Assembly: GCA_964252035.1 (NCBI GenBank)
Contig: CAXUOO010000037.1
Length of the DNA: 64,000 bases
DNA from: Podarcis erhardii
Taxonomy: Eukaryota
Strand: one strand, 5' to 3'
Part shown: positions 1 to 14,050 of the stretch, piece by piece
Numbering within the stretch: the stretch's first letter is position 1
How the letters are laid out: each line of letters opens with the position of its first letter
The notes under the pieces: generated by a model
Database searches by the model: none
What the model saw: the letters and a program-made list of their open reading frames with translations, nothing else
What the model was told of the DNA's origin: nothing
Position numbers and translations under genes: made by a program

Positions 1-233
1 TATCAGGCTGAATCGCTGTATGAAAGCAACCTAAGCTTCTCAGAGTGATTTACTTTTTAAATTTAGTTTGTGTGGAAGCTGGGCGATGATGCTGTATAAA
101 AGTATCAAGTGGTATAATCGTTTATTCTGTCCTTCTGTTCTCTCCGCTTTTACAAGCGTTGCGTTCCTGAGCTTGTAGATACCGGGTGTAAGGTGATGTA
201 TGCTGCAACTGCTACGTTGCGGTGTGAGCAACA

Positions 234-1374
234 ATGGCAAGCGTTGCTCTTACTAGCAACACAGTAAGCGGGTGCTGCCCTGATAGCCTATTCAGAAATG
301 CATACTTTGTGTTTAAACAGTATTTGAACTGTGAAATATTTTTCAACAAGGGTTTCAACTGTCATGAATGCGACTCCTTATTTCAAAGGGCGAAACAGCG
401 TTTTTTGCATGCGTGGAAATTGCCAAAATCTAAAACATTTGAGAGATGCATTCATTTGAGGAAGGTGTTTGAAAGTGTTTTCGCCAACGAATCGATGCGT
501 GCTAATGAAAGCATCTCTCCCTCTTTCTTCCCCTCGTTTGAGAGTACCGCTGGGCTGACCAAGTGCGCCTACGTATGGCATTATCACTATCATGCCCCTG
601 TTACTGCCAGTATTGCAGCTGTTGCGCATCAGCAACTTACCAGCATCTCGTTGTTGTACAATGCGAAGCATCATTGGTGGAGCAACCAGCCTGTAGGACA
701 AAAGCTGCAGCGCCGATCCTTTTTGGTGAGGCAGAAACAGCAGCGGTCAAATTTTTTGCCGGAAAATCACCTGCAAGCGCTGACTCTGCATGTGCAGCCG
801 CGACTTTGGTATGATTTGCACTTGCACTGGCATTGCAAACAGTTTTTGAATATCGGGCAAGGCAAGCTGCAGCTACAGAAGGAAAGGATCTGCAGCGCAT
901 GCCAGGAGTTAAGAGTGCGTAGCCAGATTCAGGCCTCGCGTTTTCGCAGGTGCATGCAGCAACCGCAGGAGCTGCTGCGTGACAGCTTCCGGCGAAAGCA
1001 GATACATGTCGTCGAGGGTTTACAGAAGCAGATTCTGCAAAGGAACGGGCTGCTGAAGCAGCAGGAACACCAGCCTAATGCTGCTGGCTTTGCGCTGCAG
1101 TACCCAGAGCATTCTTATGGCAGATGCTCGCAAAACTATTCGGGAAAGCGGTTGTTTTCTGTCTTTCCGGCAGAGAAGAAGTTACAACGGAGTAACGGAG
1201 AATCACAGTTACGGTGTATATACACACCGGTATTGATTGTGGGCGCTGGCCCAGTAGGCCTTTCCTTGGCGCTGCTTCTCCATCGCATGGGAGTTCCCTG
1301 TATGATAGTGGAGAAGAATAGTGAAGCACGGTGTCAGCCAAAGGCCCACTACTGCAGCACTCGCTCGATGGAAG
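234..1374 (+). CDS. Monooxygenase exon 1 (Gln-rich N-terminal extension plus Rossmann GxGxxG)
   Basis: ORF 234-1382 ends in TPVLIVGAGPVGLSLALLLHRMGVPCMIVEK...STRSME. Donor is GAAG|GCGAGT at 1375. A later ATG could be the true start. Confidence 0.8.
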
Positions 1375-4300
1375 GCGAGTGACACACGCAGGGATTTCGC
1401 TAAGCACGTATGCTGCAGCTGGCCGTTTTTGTGCTAGTGGTCCTGCTGCTGTCTTTTTACTTCGTTTTGTTGTTGCTGCATGCATGCTACAGAAGCAGAA
1501 TTTAATGGCTTTCTTTCCGCCCACTGCTTGCCGACATTGGGAGGACGCTATATAATATGTATGCTAGGCCAGGGAGATATTAGAAGAGGGACTACGTAAT
1601 TGATACTATGTATTGTGAGGATCATACAACGCACCAGGTAGCACCTCGCGTTACCAACATGTTCAGCTATTCCTTTGGGCAAGATCGAAATAGTATGCGT
1701 GTTCTGGACAATAGAGCAAACAAGACACCAACTCTCTTCGCTTGTGAGAGAATGCTATATTGATTTGGGAATGCTTATCAAGCTGTACAATTGTGGAGTA
1801 GTTGTTTCTGCATCATGTATGCATATTGTTGCTGTTTCAAGGTTTTGAATCTGATAACCACGGCGTTTAATTCAGATATAGAGGCTCTCAGCTGAAACAC
1901 ATAATTCGAGGAGAATTAGGGGGCCTAGTAGACAATACTCGCTCCGGATTCATACGTTTTTCTTACACGCACAAGTACCTTGTCGATCTCTTATATTGCA
2001 TCGCATGTCATCGTCACACATTGCCCTTTTTTTGAGCGTGTTTCAGCCAGATTAAACTCTCAATTCTCAATATTGCCACGCAGGCTTGTAAGTGTTGCAG
2101 AAAAGAAGGGGATCTGAACGCTGCATACTCTGCAAAGTATCACACGTTTGCATACTGATATATACATGCATATAAATATAAATATATATATATGAATATA
2201 TGAACGTGTTGCAGAAGTATGTGCAAAATTCCTTATGCGGAGGAGGGTGGACTCTTGAGCTAGGTCAGGGTATGTCTGAGTATATGATAACTGGGGCACA
2301 GCTGGTGTGTGAAGTCCTGTACTGATGATCTGTCGAAGCTTGCAGTAAATTGATTTAAGCAACGTTGTCGTTCATGCGGAATTTTGTAGAACATAGAATG
2401 ATTGAAATTAATTATAAAAGTGAATGTAACTCTATTTGATATTATTTATGTATACGTATATTTTCAATATATAGATATTGCACATGTGATATAATAGCAA
2501 AAGAAAATGTAGTCACAGAAGGAAGTAGCTGTTCTCGATGACTAAACGTGTTTTGAAGCTTTGCGTTTCGTCGTAAGCGTGGTAATGTAAATGTTGATGC
2601 ACTCTTTTCTTGACAATGCATAACATCTCAGCATGTGAACATCAACAATTACACCAAAAGTGAAAGGCACAAAAATATGGAGAAAATATAGTGATGACGC
2701 GCGTATATGCACGTTCGCAATTGAAAAACATTTATACTCATTATTTTGATGCGAGGTTCTTCCGAGCCACCAAAGAGAATTTTATACACCAAGTTGTATG
2801 TAAAATATGGCTCTCTGGTCTCTCCATCCGTTGACACTAATGCCCAGGTATGCACGTGATCAGGCGCATTTGTATATAGCATCGAGGGTTCCCTGCGTTT
2901 GTGGCCAAGTAGGCGAACATTGCTTTATCCGTCAAATCTGAACACCATCCTTACAGTTGAACAGAGGCGGCCCACAAATACATTATTTCGCCAAGGCTGT
3001 GCAGATGCACCTTTTTTACGTCTACGTTGAAAGCGAACGAGAGACGTGAATATCATACATTCTTATTATTTATTTAGAAGGCGTTCATCAGGGTTCAGAA
3101 ATGCATTTACATAGTTGTATAGAACAATAATCTTGCGTATTGCAGGATCTGTAATACGCAGAGTCTGTACGGCAGCTCGTCGAGAACCGCATGTGTGGAG
3201 GGGATGAGACGTGTAGACGATGCACAGAAGAAATATTAGACGCTCACATATATATATACATATATGTATATATATATATATACATAGCGCGCGAAATGCA
3301 GACAGAGACGTCGTCACAATTAAATGATAGATTGAAATGTCGCTGCTACATGTACGTATACGTAATACACGTAAACTGGTTTCCAAAAATGTCTTCGCTG
3401 GGAGTTCAAGTGCGATTGCTGACGCTGCTGCAGTGGAGGGCATGTATATCTATGAAAACGAAGCAAAACATTTTGGACGTGATTGCTGGCTGTGTTGCTG
3501 CAGTTTGGAGACTTTTTGAGCACTTGGATGAAGAAATTCATGGCGAGATTCCATCTATTGATGACTGGCGGTACTTCTCGTATTGCACTCATTTGGTGCG
3601 CACAGTGAGAGACCGTAATCCTCTCATTGCCAGTTGCGATCACTTTCGAGGTATGCATTCTTAGTTCGTGTGCCCACAGTGGGTGTTTCGGTCTGTACGA
3701 ATACTCGAACTTACATACATATATGTATACATGTTGGTGTATAGTCAGACATGAATTTTACACAATGAACTTCAGCCACCCTACCACTCTAGTGCGGTTG
3801 AGACTGGAACATTAGCTTCCACACACATCTATGTGTACGTAATTGCTATTTTTTTTTAGACGGACACAAACTGTAATTCAGAGTGTGTAGTTATTGTAGT
3901 CAACACAACTTTTTTCGAATTTTTGAACATGAAAAGTTCTGGAATCTCATGTGTTTTTGTGGAATAAATACGTACCAGGATTTCGTGTTATTATGCGCTA
4001 ATACATAGCCAGAAATTCAAATGCGTCAGTAAGTATTATGGCCAGATATTACTAGCCATATGACATATATACCGTGCATATCATCAAAAGTCAGATTCAT
4101 TGCTGATAAAATACGAAATCATTATGCAAATATTTCTCTAGTACAGGCAGAAACTAACGTTCGAACAGTGCGACACATTGTAGCGATTTACGTTGGTCAA
4201 ATAACTTCATATGAGTAGTTTTTTTTGATGAATATGAACCATTCAGCATTGTATATGTAATAAGCTTGAAAATATATACTACAAGTGCTTTTTCACAAAG

Positions 4301-7300
4301 AAACAGGGCTATAGTATCAACATGTGCGTTTGTGGTCAGTCTTAGCTCCTTTCGCACATCTCTTACGAGTTTCATACAAATTCGAGTGCCTGAAAAACCT
4401 ACACATGACTGCAAATATTTTTTTTATTGCTGAAGGGAATGAGTTATAGCGTTCGAGGAGAGCGCGATGCAAGAAAGTTGTAGATGAGGCTCAACGTTCC
4501 TACACATAGCGTTGATGAAGCTAGCTCTGTGTGTATGCCATATATAATGTGCCTCTGAACATGAGTACCTATTTCGTTCATTACGTCGTATTTGTTGAGG
4601 TCTACAAGCTTTTGCCGGCAGTTGAAAAGAGCAGCTGACCTGGTTGTCGTAATGAACACATTCTGAACTTTTTTGCTTATTTGTTGAACATGTGTGTGAC
4701 AGAACACTACACATATGCGTCGCCTGAGGGAAAAGCAACGTATTTCGAGAAACTGAGTCCTTGCCGCGTGGGACACATTCCTCAGCACGTGCTTCTCCCG
4801 ATGCTGTATTCGAGAGTGTTTGCTGCAAATTCAAGAACTCCGCAGAAGGGAGATAGACGAGAACCGTTGCCCGAGCCGTCCTTGAATCTGATGTCGGAGA
4901 AAACGAGACAGAAAATAAAACAGTCCTACTCGGAACTTTCCCCTCCATTTTCAGTGTGCGCCCGCTCGGATGTGTGCCGCGTCCCCGAGTGAATCTGATA
5001 CTTCGAAAAAAGCAACTTCGTCGCCTGCTCCGGCGATTCTCTGTTTGTCTCCTTGTCGCCAGTCGCGTATAGAATTTCCCATTTTTCCTTTTTCACCAGT
5101 GCCGGCTTCTTCCTCTCTTGCTGCTGCGTCTTCCGCTAGTGAAGGCCACGCTCTTCCGTGTTCCGCTCCTTCTCTGCTGCGTCAGAATTTGAGTGTTGCT
5201 TCACTTTCCTCAAGTGCTTGCAACCCTTCTGAGTCTACTGCAGCTGAGCGCTTCACCTCTCCACCGCCCAGTTCTCCTGCTCTACGTCCCTCCTCTTTGC
5301 CACCACCACCTTCTTCTTCTTTTTGTGGTCCGTTTTCTCACTCGTCTTTTGCAGATTTTCCTGCTGCTTCTCGTCCCTCTTCTCCGTCTCCGTCTTCTGT
5401 GCCTCCCGCCTCCTCCCAGCACCAGCTTTTCCGTCTCCTACATCTCCTGCTTTTCCTTCTTCTTCGCCTTTCTCTATAACAGCCGCTCCGTCTCTGTCTC
5501 CTCGGTCTCTAGCGTCTGGACTCCTTTTTTCTCCGTTTTCCGTCCTTTTTTCTTCGCCGCAACTCGCGGAGTTGCTTTCTTCTTCGTCTTCGTTCCTGCG
5601 AAACGAGTTCCAGAAAGTTTTCCGCAAGTTTTTTCTCAGCGCTCCGCCTCACCACAAAAGAAAAGCGGAGTTTCCTCCACTTTTTCCGGCTCCCTCTATT
5701 TTCTTCTGCACCCAGTGGCTCACTGCCTACAACGTCGTTCCCACGCTTGGCACAACCAGCAGCAGCACCACCACCAGCCCTTTTGAGGGCAACCACCCAC
5801 CCAACGGCAGCCAAAGCAGCACAAACATTAAGGGCGATTTCTTTGGTGAGAAAAGTTGCAGTTCCCGAAGAAAAGTCTCCAGCGGCTGGACAGGCAGAAA
5901 CCACGCAAGTAGTGAGCGGCAGTCTCATCACCACAGAATCGGTCATCAAAAGCTAGCCACTAAAAGCCCAGTGGCTGTTGGTGTTGGTGGCAACTGCAGC
6001 AGGCAGAGCAAACAACAAGAAAGCAGAAACGGCTGCTGCGGTGGAGCCGTCTCAAATGTGGGCGATGTCAAAGGAGCAGCAACAGTGTGCCGTTTACGGA
6101 GACGGGAGCTGTGCTCGAGAAACCGCCAGGCTTTTGTGCGCTCGTACGTGGTGAGGACTAGTAGTAGCGATCGCTTTTCTAGCGACACGGAACACTTCTG
6201 TATCGACAGTGCTGTGTTAGTTGCGTGTGATGGAGCGAATTCTGCAGTTGCTTCTCAGCTTGAAACTCACCGGCGCGATGCAAGGTCTAGAGGACGTACA
6301 ACACTTGGTCAACATCACCTTCACTTCCAAACACCTCGCTAACCTCATTCGGCTCGAATCAGCTTCTAGAAGGGTGGAACAAGAACTCACTTGCTGGGGA
6401 CGCTCTCTCCTACACGCCATTTCTGGTGATTTGCCTCACGACTTCTTCTTCTCGCCGTCTTTCTCTCCTTCGAAGGCGTCAGAAAACTCCACCACTTCCA
6501 GCGAAGTTCTCCAAAAAAAAAAAAAGACAAAGCAGGGAAGAAAGCAGCAGCACGCGCTCAAGAAGTGCACCAACAGAGACAGTCGTTACGGCTCTGGTAG
6601 TGACTTATCCGTTGGCAACGAAAAAAAGTGGTGCAGTATCAACCAGCGTGGTGGAGGTGGGTCGTTTTAGCGGGAATCCTCCCAGTCGGGTAGGCGGCAG
6701 TGAGGACACTAACACGACAGCAACAACTACAGGGGAAGGAGTAGCTGCAACAGCAGCAGCAGCAGCAGAAACTGCAAGAGCGAAGCAAAAAAGGTTGGAA
6801 GAGCGCACAGCTCCTCCGCCTTCAATGCTTTATTACGTGATGAATTCGGAAGCGATTGGAGTCGTCGTTCTGCACAGTATCTCTCGCGGAGAATTCGTCG
6901 CTCACATCCCGTATTTTCCTGTTGATCCGCAAACGAAGGAGGCTTTTTCAGAGCCTGCTTGCGCGAGAATCATTGAAAAGCTCGCCGGGCTGAACCTACG
7001 AGACCTTCAAATTGTCAACACAAGAAGGTGGCGCATGTCTGCTAAAGTGGCGAGATCTTTCCTCTCCACTTTTCCGTCCAGAAACATCTCCTGTGCTCCT
7101 CCAGCTTCTCTGGAGCGCGCTCCTTCCTCTTCACTTTCCCGTGGGTTTCCGTTTGCGCGTTGCTCCAGCGTTTTTCCAGATCGTTTCTCTTCCGGCTAGT
7201 GACACTTCGTTGGTATCGAACTCCGATGAAAATCGGTTTGTTTTCAGAAAGTGCTTCCGCTCGATAACGCAATCTGACCCTGCGAATTCTTCTCAAAAGT

Positions 7301-10300
7301 GTTTTTTCCTTCCTCGTATGTGTTGGTGCTCGATCGTCTTTCTCAGCATTTTTCTCTCCCTTTCCCTGCAGCAGCACCTACCTAATACTTGCTCTCTGTC
7401 AGGTATTGCTCTCCCTGCACCACGTCTCCTAAACTGTTTTCTTCTTCGCATTTTTCTGTGCTGCTCTGCCTCTTCTTCGTTCCCTCAGCCGTCGTCGACT
7501 TTCTTCGACGGGCCTGTTTCGTCGCCTGTTTTTTCAGGTTGCTAACTACCGCCTCATCGCTGCCTCCTTAGAGTCTCCTCACCCTCTCTTTCTTCCTCTC
7601 TCTCTCTTTCTCTTGCTTGTTTCGTATTTGCCTCTTTCTCTCTTCCGTGTGTGCACTGTCTTCTATCTCGCGTCACAGCCAGGTTTCTTCGCCTTTGTCT
7701 GTCCTCACCACTACGAAGCAGCTGTTGCAAAAAGCGCTTTGCCGCTGTTTTTCTTGCGGACTGCTGCGCAGCAGCCCCCTTCTTTTTTCCACATTTCTTT
7801 GCCTCGTTTCAGCGCGTTCCTTTGCCTTTCTCTCTCGCGACTTTTACCACTCTCTCGCTCCTGCTTCTTCTCCTCCTCACTGCTCTTTTTTGTTCATCCT
7901 CTGGCGCTCTGTGCCCACTCTCACACACCACACTCAGAGTAGTAGTAGTAGTGGTAGTAGTGTTTCTTTTTTGGGCACGAAAACGAGAAGAAAGAAAAGA
8001 AAGCAGAAGGTGTGGTTTTCCGCGCACAAAAGTGCTGTGTTCTCCAAGCCTTCTTCTCGCTCTTGCACAGCCCTCCTGCACTGTTTCTCTAGCTTTTTCG
8101 CCTTTTCACTATGTTCGTCAAATCCCCTCTGCAGACGCGTCTAGCTTTCCTCATCTTTCGCTTCGATTCTCCTTGTCTTTTGCTGCTGCTGCATCGCACA
8201 CCCAGCTGCGTCGTCTTTCAGGATTTTTCCCTTAGGGTCTTTCCTTTTTGCTCGTTTTCTGGAAGACTCTTTCCTTTTTGGGTGAAATTCCTGACTGCGC
8301 TCTCAGCTGCCCTTCGTTCGGCCTTTCTCTTCGTTTCGAGCAACGCTTGTTTGTCGCTGAAACTGCCTTTGTTTGTGTCTGCCTTTTCTTTGCAGCTGCT
8401 CAGAAACTGCCCAGCAGTTTTCTCAGTGGTGGGGAAGAAGGAGTCGAGCAGTGCAGGCGAAGAAGGAGAAGAGGAGAAGCAGAGTCAGCAGTGGTAGATT
8501 CCCTTGAATTCGTCGAAGCAGTTGCAAGCACTCGTGCAGCTGTTGAAGACAGAAAGAAGAGTTTCGCTAGTTCGCTGCGTTTCTCCTCGACGACAGACGG
8601 TCCAGGAAGTTCAGGGGCAAGTGGAGACTCAGTCGGGATCTCGACGGCAAGCTCTTCGTTTTCTTTCCGTGGAAAAACAACGAAAAAAGGCAACGACGGT
8701 TTGCGCTCAAGCCGCACTCAAGGAGGAGAGGTGAGGAAAGTCTCTTTTTTTCGTATCAACACGTGTGGGGACAAAAAGCACGTCTCTCCGGTATATATAT
8801 GTGTGTGTGTGTGAATGTGTTGTCTGGATATGTGTGGGAAAGAGGAGTCGTCTCACCCACTTGTGGTGGCTGAGTTTACGTGCAGCGAGACTGCTAGTCT
8901 CTGCCAAAGGCACGACGACACATAATTCGTGTGTTTTTGTGTTTGGACTAGCTCGCGCGACACTTGTTTGTGCATATTGTTTTCCAATACATGCTTCGTT
9001 TATGCTGAGACGTCCTCGTCGTACAGAAAGGGGGACGGTTGGGGTGGGTTATTGTGTAGTCTAGTATTACCCACAGTAAGAGAAGCAGTGCTGCTTTCAC
9101 TTTTTTTTTTTGCAAAACAAAGTCTCAAGGCATCTGGGCTGGTGTTCACATCAGCCGGTGCTAGACGTGCCAAAGTGTACGTGGAAATGAACGAATAACG
9201 ATAGTTACATGCTCTGTCCACAACTATGAGCCTAAACAGACATGCCCTCAAATACACTCGAATTCGACACAAGTTCACGTCCATCTAAACACTAGACATC
9301 TTCAGCGATACTTTGTCTGCGCTTCAGTGCACACGGGCCGACAACACACTCCTGTCACTTACATGTAGCTCGTATATTCATATGCGGAGCCTTCTTCCAG
9401 ATGCAAATTTACATATACTGTACATGAAATCACACACGTGTTAGCGTTTGATATTTCCTAAAAAGAGGAAATTGCCGCGTACACTGAGGCGCAGTTTCCT
9501 TGGTATATTCAGTTGATGTAGACACACTTTCTTCGAAACTGCGTACAACTCAGGATGCGGCAGTGTTAAATTTTGACGGCTAGCTTGCCAAGAATGGACA
9601 AGGAGATGCGGCCCTTTCAAACACAGACATTACTGCAGGAGTATGTAGTCACGCTCGACAGGTTCACAAGTTCAACGACCAAACTCTCAGCAATCCTCAA
9701 CGAATTCACATATATAAAACATATGTGTATATGCATCACTCTAATATCTACTACACAAATGATCATCATTCACATATATACATACATTTATATGTGTTCA
9801 TTTACGAGTTATATACTCACATACATATATATATATGTATATGTATATGTATGTATATATATATATGTATAACTCGTATAGTGTCCGTCTCTCGCTTTGG
9901 TGAGAATGTAATTTAGGGAAGAAGAGAGACGCAGGCTTTTCAGAGAGTGAAGAGTGAGTTTGTTTTTGCGCACACAGGAAAGAAACTACTCCTCGGACTC
10001 ACCCGTGCTGTTTCCGGGAAAGAACAGATCGAAGCACTGAGTCAGAGACAAAGTGCGTGGATTGACAAAGAGCGAGTTGCAAGTAGAATGCCCAAGAGCT
10101 CAGAATCCTGCGAGAGAGCCACGACGAAACCCAACGAAGAAACTGCTGGAGCAGCAGCACTCCAAAGAAGAAAGCAGCGCAACGTAGCAGCAACGAATTG
10201 CCCTTCGACTCAACACGAAAGCAGTACAGTAGTAGTGACGCAGAATTCCAAGGCTGACACCAACAGCACAAACTCGAACTTTTTTCCCAGAGTGTTCCTA

Positions 10301-13300
10301 GTAGGAGATGCTGCACACGAACTTCCACCTGCTGGAGGCCTCGGAATGAATTTGGGAGTGGCAGACGCATTGGCTCTAGCGTGGCGTCTTGCACAGCTTT
10401 ACCATCGCCGCATTTCGCCGGTGTTTTTCTCTGGCAATTTGGAGTTTAGCAGCAGCACCAACCACGCATCCACGGCAACAAAAAGCGTAAGCAACAGCGC
10501 CTTTTTTTCCAGCAGTGAGAAAACCGACAACGGCGAAGGCAACTTCAGCTTCTTCAGCTGCGAAAAGACGGGAGACACCCTTGGCAAGCAAAAAAACGGA
10601 AACAACACTCGTACTGACAACGACCCCAACACGGGGGGTAGGCGCGTCTACAGCGGAAACGGCACTGGCAACTCAAACAGATCAAGTGCAGCTTCACTCG
10701 CTTCTGAGAACTCTGGATCCACAGCTAGCTCTACGCCTTTTAGTAAAAAAATGCAGTCGCCAGCAGCCTACCGACTTTCTGATACAAGCGAGGACAGCTC
10801 ACTGCAGAACTGTTGGAGACTGCTGAAGAGCTACGACGAGGAAAGACGGCTTGTCGCCAAGGTGAGACACATACAAAGGGCTCTAGTGCATGCAGTCAAA
10901 TATACATTTACGTTCTGCTTTCAAATAGAGAGCAAAGCTCTTTGGATGTTCTCGTGTTCGCATCTCTCACATCTGCGATTCCCATGGGATCCTACAGTGG
11001 TATGGGGGAGAAAACTTGGTGCGACAGTGCATACTCTCGCGTCTCAACTATCATTCGGTTTACACTATAAACAAGTCTCATTATATTGCCTGCACGTGTG
11101 CACGTGTGCATATAAGCGACTCTATCTTTTTGTACGTAAATATATATATATGTATATGTCAGCTTGCAAAGCTGGAAATTTACTGCGTCATACGTGCTTG
11201 ATTCGGCCATCGTATACTTTTTGTGCTTACAAAGCTGTGAGAGTTGCGCAAGTATGTCTCTCGCATATGCTCTTTCAGCAGACAAGTTCAATTCATTCAC
11301 GTGTTTGTTGCATTTTCTTGATTCCATATGCATGTCGACAACACATGTGTGTCTCTGACTGACTCTCAGTGCACAGTTTGTTTTGCGTATTTGCAATTTT
11401 TTGTCTACTCTACGCAAGTATATATAATATATATATATTACATATAGACTTTATGTCCAGACTTTTTAAGTAAGGTGGTGCCATCGCAGAGCAAGAAAGC
11501 ATTTGAGTAATGGAGTCGGTTCGCGACAGTACAGAAGTCCATCAAGACTATGAGGTACCCAGCCTTTATATGCACCAGTTACAATAAAAGTTTATTGCTT
11601 TTTTTGCAGCACTTACACACCACACACACTTGTAATAAGGGGAAGTCTGACCGTAGTTATATACGCTTTTGTATACAGAATAGCAGCGAAATTATATAGT
11701 AAGCGCTTCTTCGGTCTACACCTGCGCCACTGGATTTAGAACAGAATGTCAAAGGCGACGTACATAGATTTATCATTGTACACAACATATTTACGCATAT
11801 CTGTAAGAATTGGAGAGATAGTTGATTTAGCTCGATTTCCGTCACATCGTCACGTTTACATCCACTTCTTTGAAAAATTTTGGCACAGACCGCATAGCAT
11901 CATCCACAGCAGTAACAGCGTCGCGAAGAACACCAACAGCAGTGATTAGAGCATGATCTCGACGCATCATCATCAGCTTAAATTTCTCTAATTATTATTC
12001 AGCGATCTTATGCACCGGTAGCAGCACGAAGCAGTAATAGCAGCTACAGCGCTTTGTCTCACTCGCAGCAACAGCAAGTGAACCACAATGGTAAGTAACT
12101 TTGTTCTAAAACATCAAAGCCAGTTTAGAGGATTTTCCACAAAAAGCCGTTTTGCTGTGTTAAAGCTGGCGCCTTGTGCAGTTGAAATTTTTTCTAGTGG
12201 AGCAAACTACGTTATACGCTTTTTATTAAATATACTTACCATTTATGTATATACATGTATATATACAAATGTCCATGTTACGCATGTGTTTGTATATGTC
12301 GTCCTCTCACATAGTGACTATGAAAGGCACATCCTCAAATCCTAGCTCATCTCACACGAGGCAAGTACATACTAGCAAATTTGGTTTGAATTGCCTTTCT
12401 CTTCAACTCCTATTTGACGTTCTGTGCTCCTCTTGCTTTTCCTAGGTCGCTTTTTTCCAGTCTTTCTGCGTTCTACTCGAATATTTGTTCGAACATGTAG
12501 ATGAACACAAACATGTCTGCAGAGCACATACACTCTATAGATATACAACGCTTCGAAATCGTGTGTAAACTCATGTTCAAGCACTCGTGTCAGGTACTTA
12601 CGTGAATGACACTTTTCCATATCTGAGGCATGCAGTTGACGCTCAACTTATTACTAGGCGTACAGTCGCTTTGCACTGCACATAAGTACACTAAATTGTT
12701 GACAATGCTCATCTTATTTGATTCTTATATGAATGCGTTCTGCAAGCGTACAGTAGATAAAACATATATATATATATATATATATATATACGCCACCATG
12801 CAAAATGACACGAATCTTTTGTGTATACTCATATCTATACAAGGACGTAAATCACACTTGTGGTCATCGTGTGAAACGTGTGTAAGAGTTATTCCTAATG
12901 TTTTGTATATATTTCACTCTCTCTTTTAATACATCTGCATATACGCATATGCTTATATATATATATATATATATATATACGCAGAAATATGTACGCACAT
13001 ACGCATGAATATATACGTACATCTATATATATATATGTATGTATATATACTGAATGTATTGTTGGTAGGTACATGCACATAATCATGTATATATATGTGT
13101 AGCTTTCCAGACATATGCTTACAATGTATAGATATCTTACATCTATACATATGTATCTGATATAAGGAACATGAAAATATCTTGTTACTATGAATACCAG
13201 CATACATCATCACATTTACACATTCACTTGAAGATATGCGAATATATATTTATATATATGTATATATACACTCATGTATGACTTGGTTTTGGCGCTGAAA

Positions 13301-14013
13301 GCTTTATGTCTGTATTATATCTATGTGTACGTTGGTAGGAACATTGTTTGTAAGGGTGTATTGGGCTTTTTTCCTCATGATCGTGTACTCGTGTATATAT
13401 GGCTTGTGTTACTTGGGTCTTAAAATTCAGTACACTTGCAGCGTCGCAGTGGACAACTTTCGTCGTGGCTGAAGGCACCAGCACTGCTCGCTTTGGATTG
13501 GTCAATGGGTCAGGCTGTTGCTGATGCTTTGAAGAAAACAGCAGCAGCTGCTGTTTCGTTTATTCCTTCGATTTTGCGAGAGCAAATGCAGCAGACATCT
13601 CAGACAGTTTCTAACCAGCTTTTAGATGCCGCTTTGGCGCTTGGAAGGAAGAAGGTATTTCTTTGCTTCACAGGAACTTGCTGCATAGCATAATGTGCGC
13701 GCGCTTACAAAAAATGAAGTTTACTCGTTTACTTTCACCTTATCTCTCTCTTTGACGTGTATTCATTGCCTGTACAAAGCGCGCTCCGTGATAGTCTGTT
13801 TACTTGTAAAAACCGTACTCAACAACGGGTAGCAAACACTCTAGCACAACCGACTCGTACCCGTCTTATACATATTTATATTTATATATATATATCATAG
13901 ATTTACATGTCTAATCGCAAATGTTCAGTGTTTTTCCTAGCCTATAGTGTACATACACCTTTCCACATATATGTGCATGTACACTTACTACAGAACTTTC
14001 ATTTCGTACACAA

Positions 14014-14050
<37 letters not shown>

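Noticed and set aside
4919-6525. Programmed ribosomal frameshifting as an explanation for the frame switches
   Set aside because: There are too many shifts, in both directions and in two unrelated genes, with no consistent slippery site plus structure. Indel error is simpler.
11490-11554. Possible 65-nt poison cassette exon (cgcag|...GAG|GTACCC)
   Set aside because: No polypyrimidine tract, and AG/GT pairs of this quality are frequent by chance.
12630-13260. Many 60-140 aa ORFs with YIYIYI runs across introns
   Set aside because: They are translations of (TA)n microsatellites with no coding signal.
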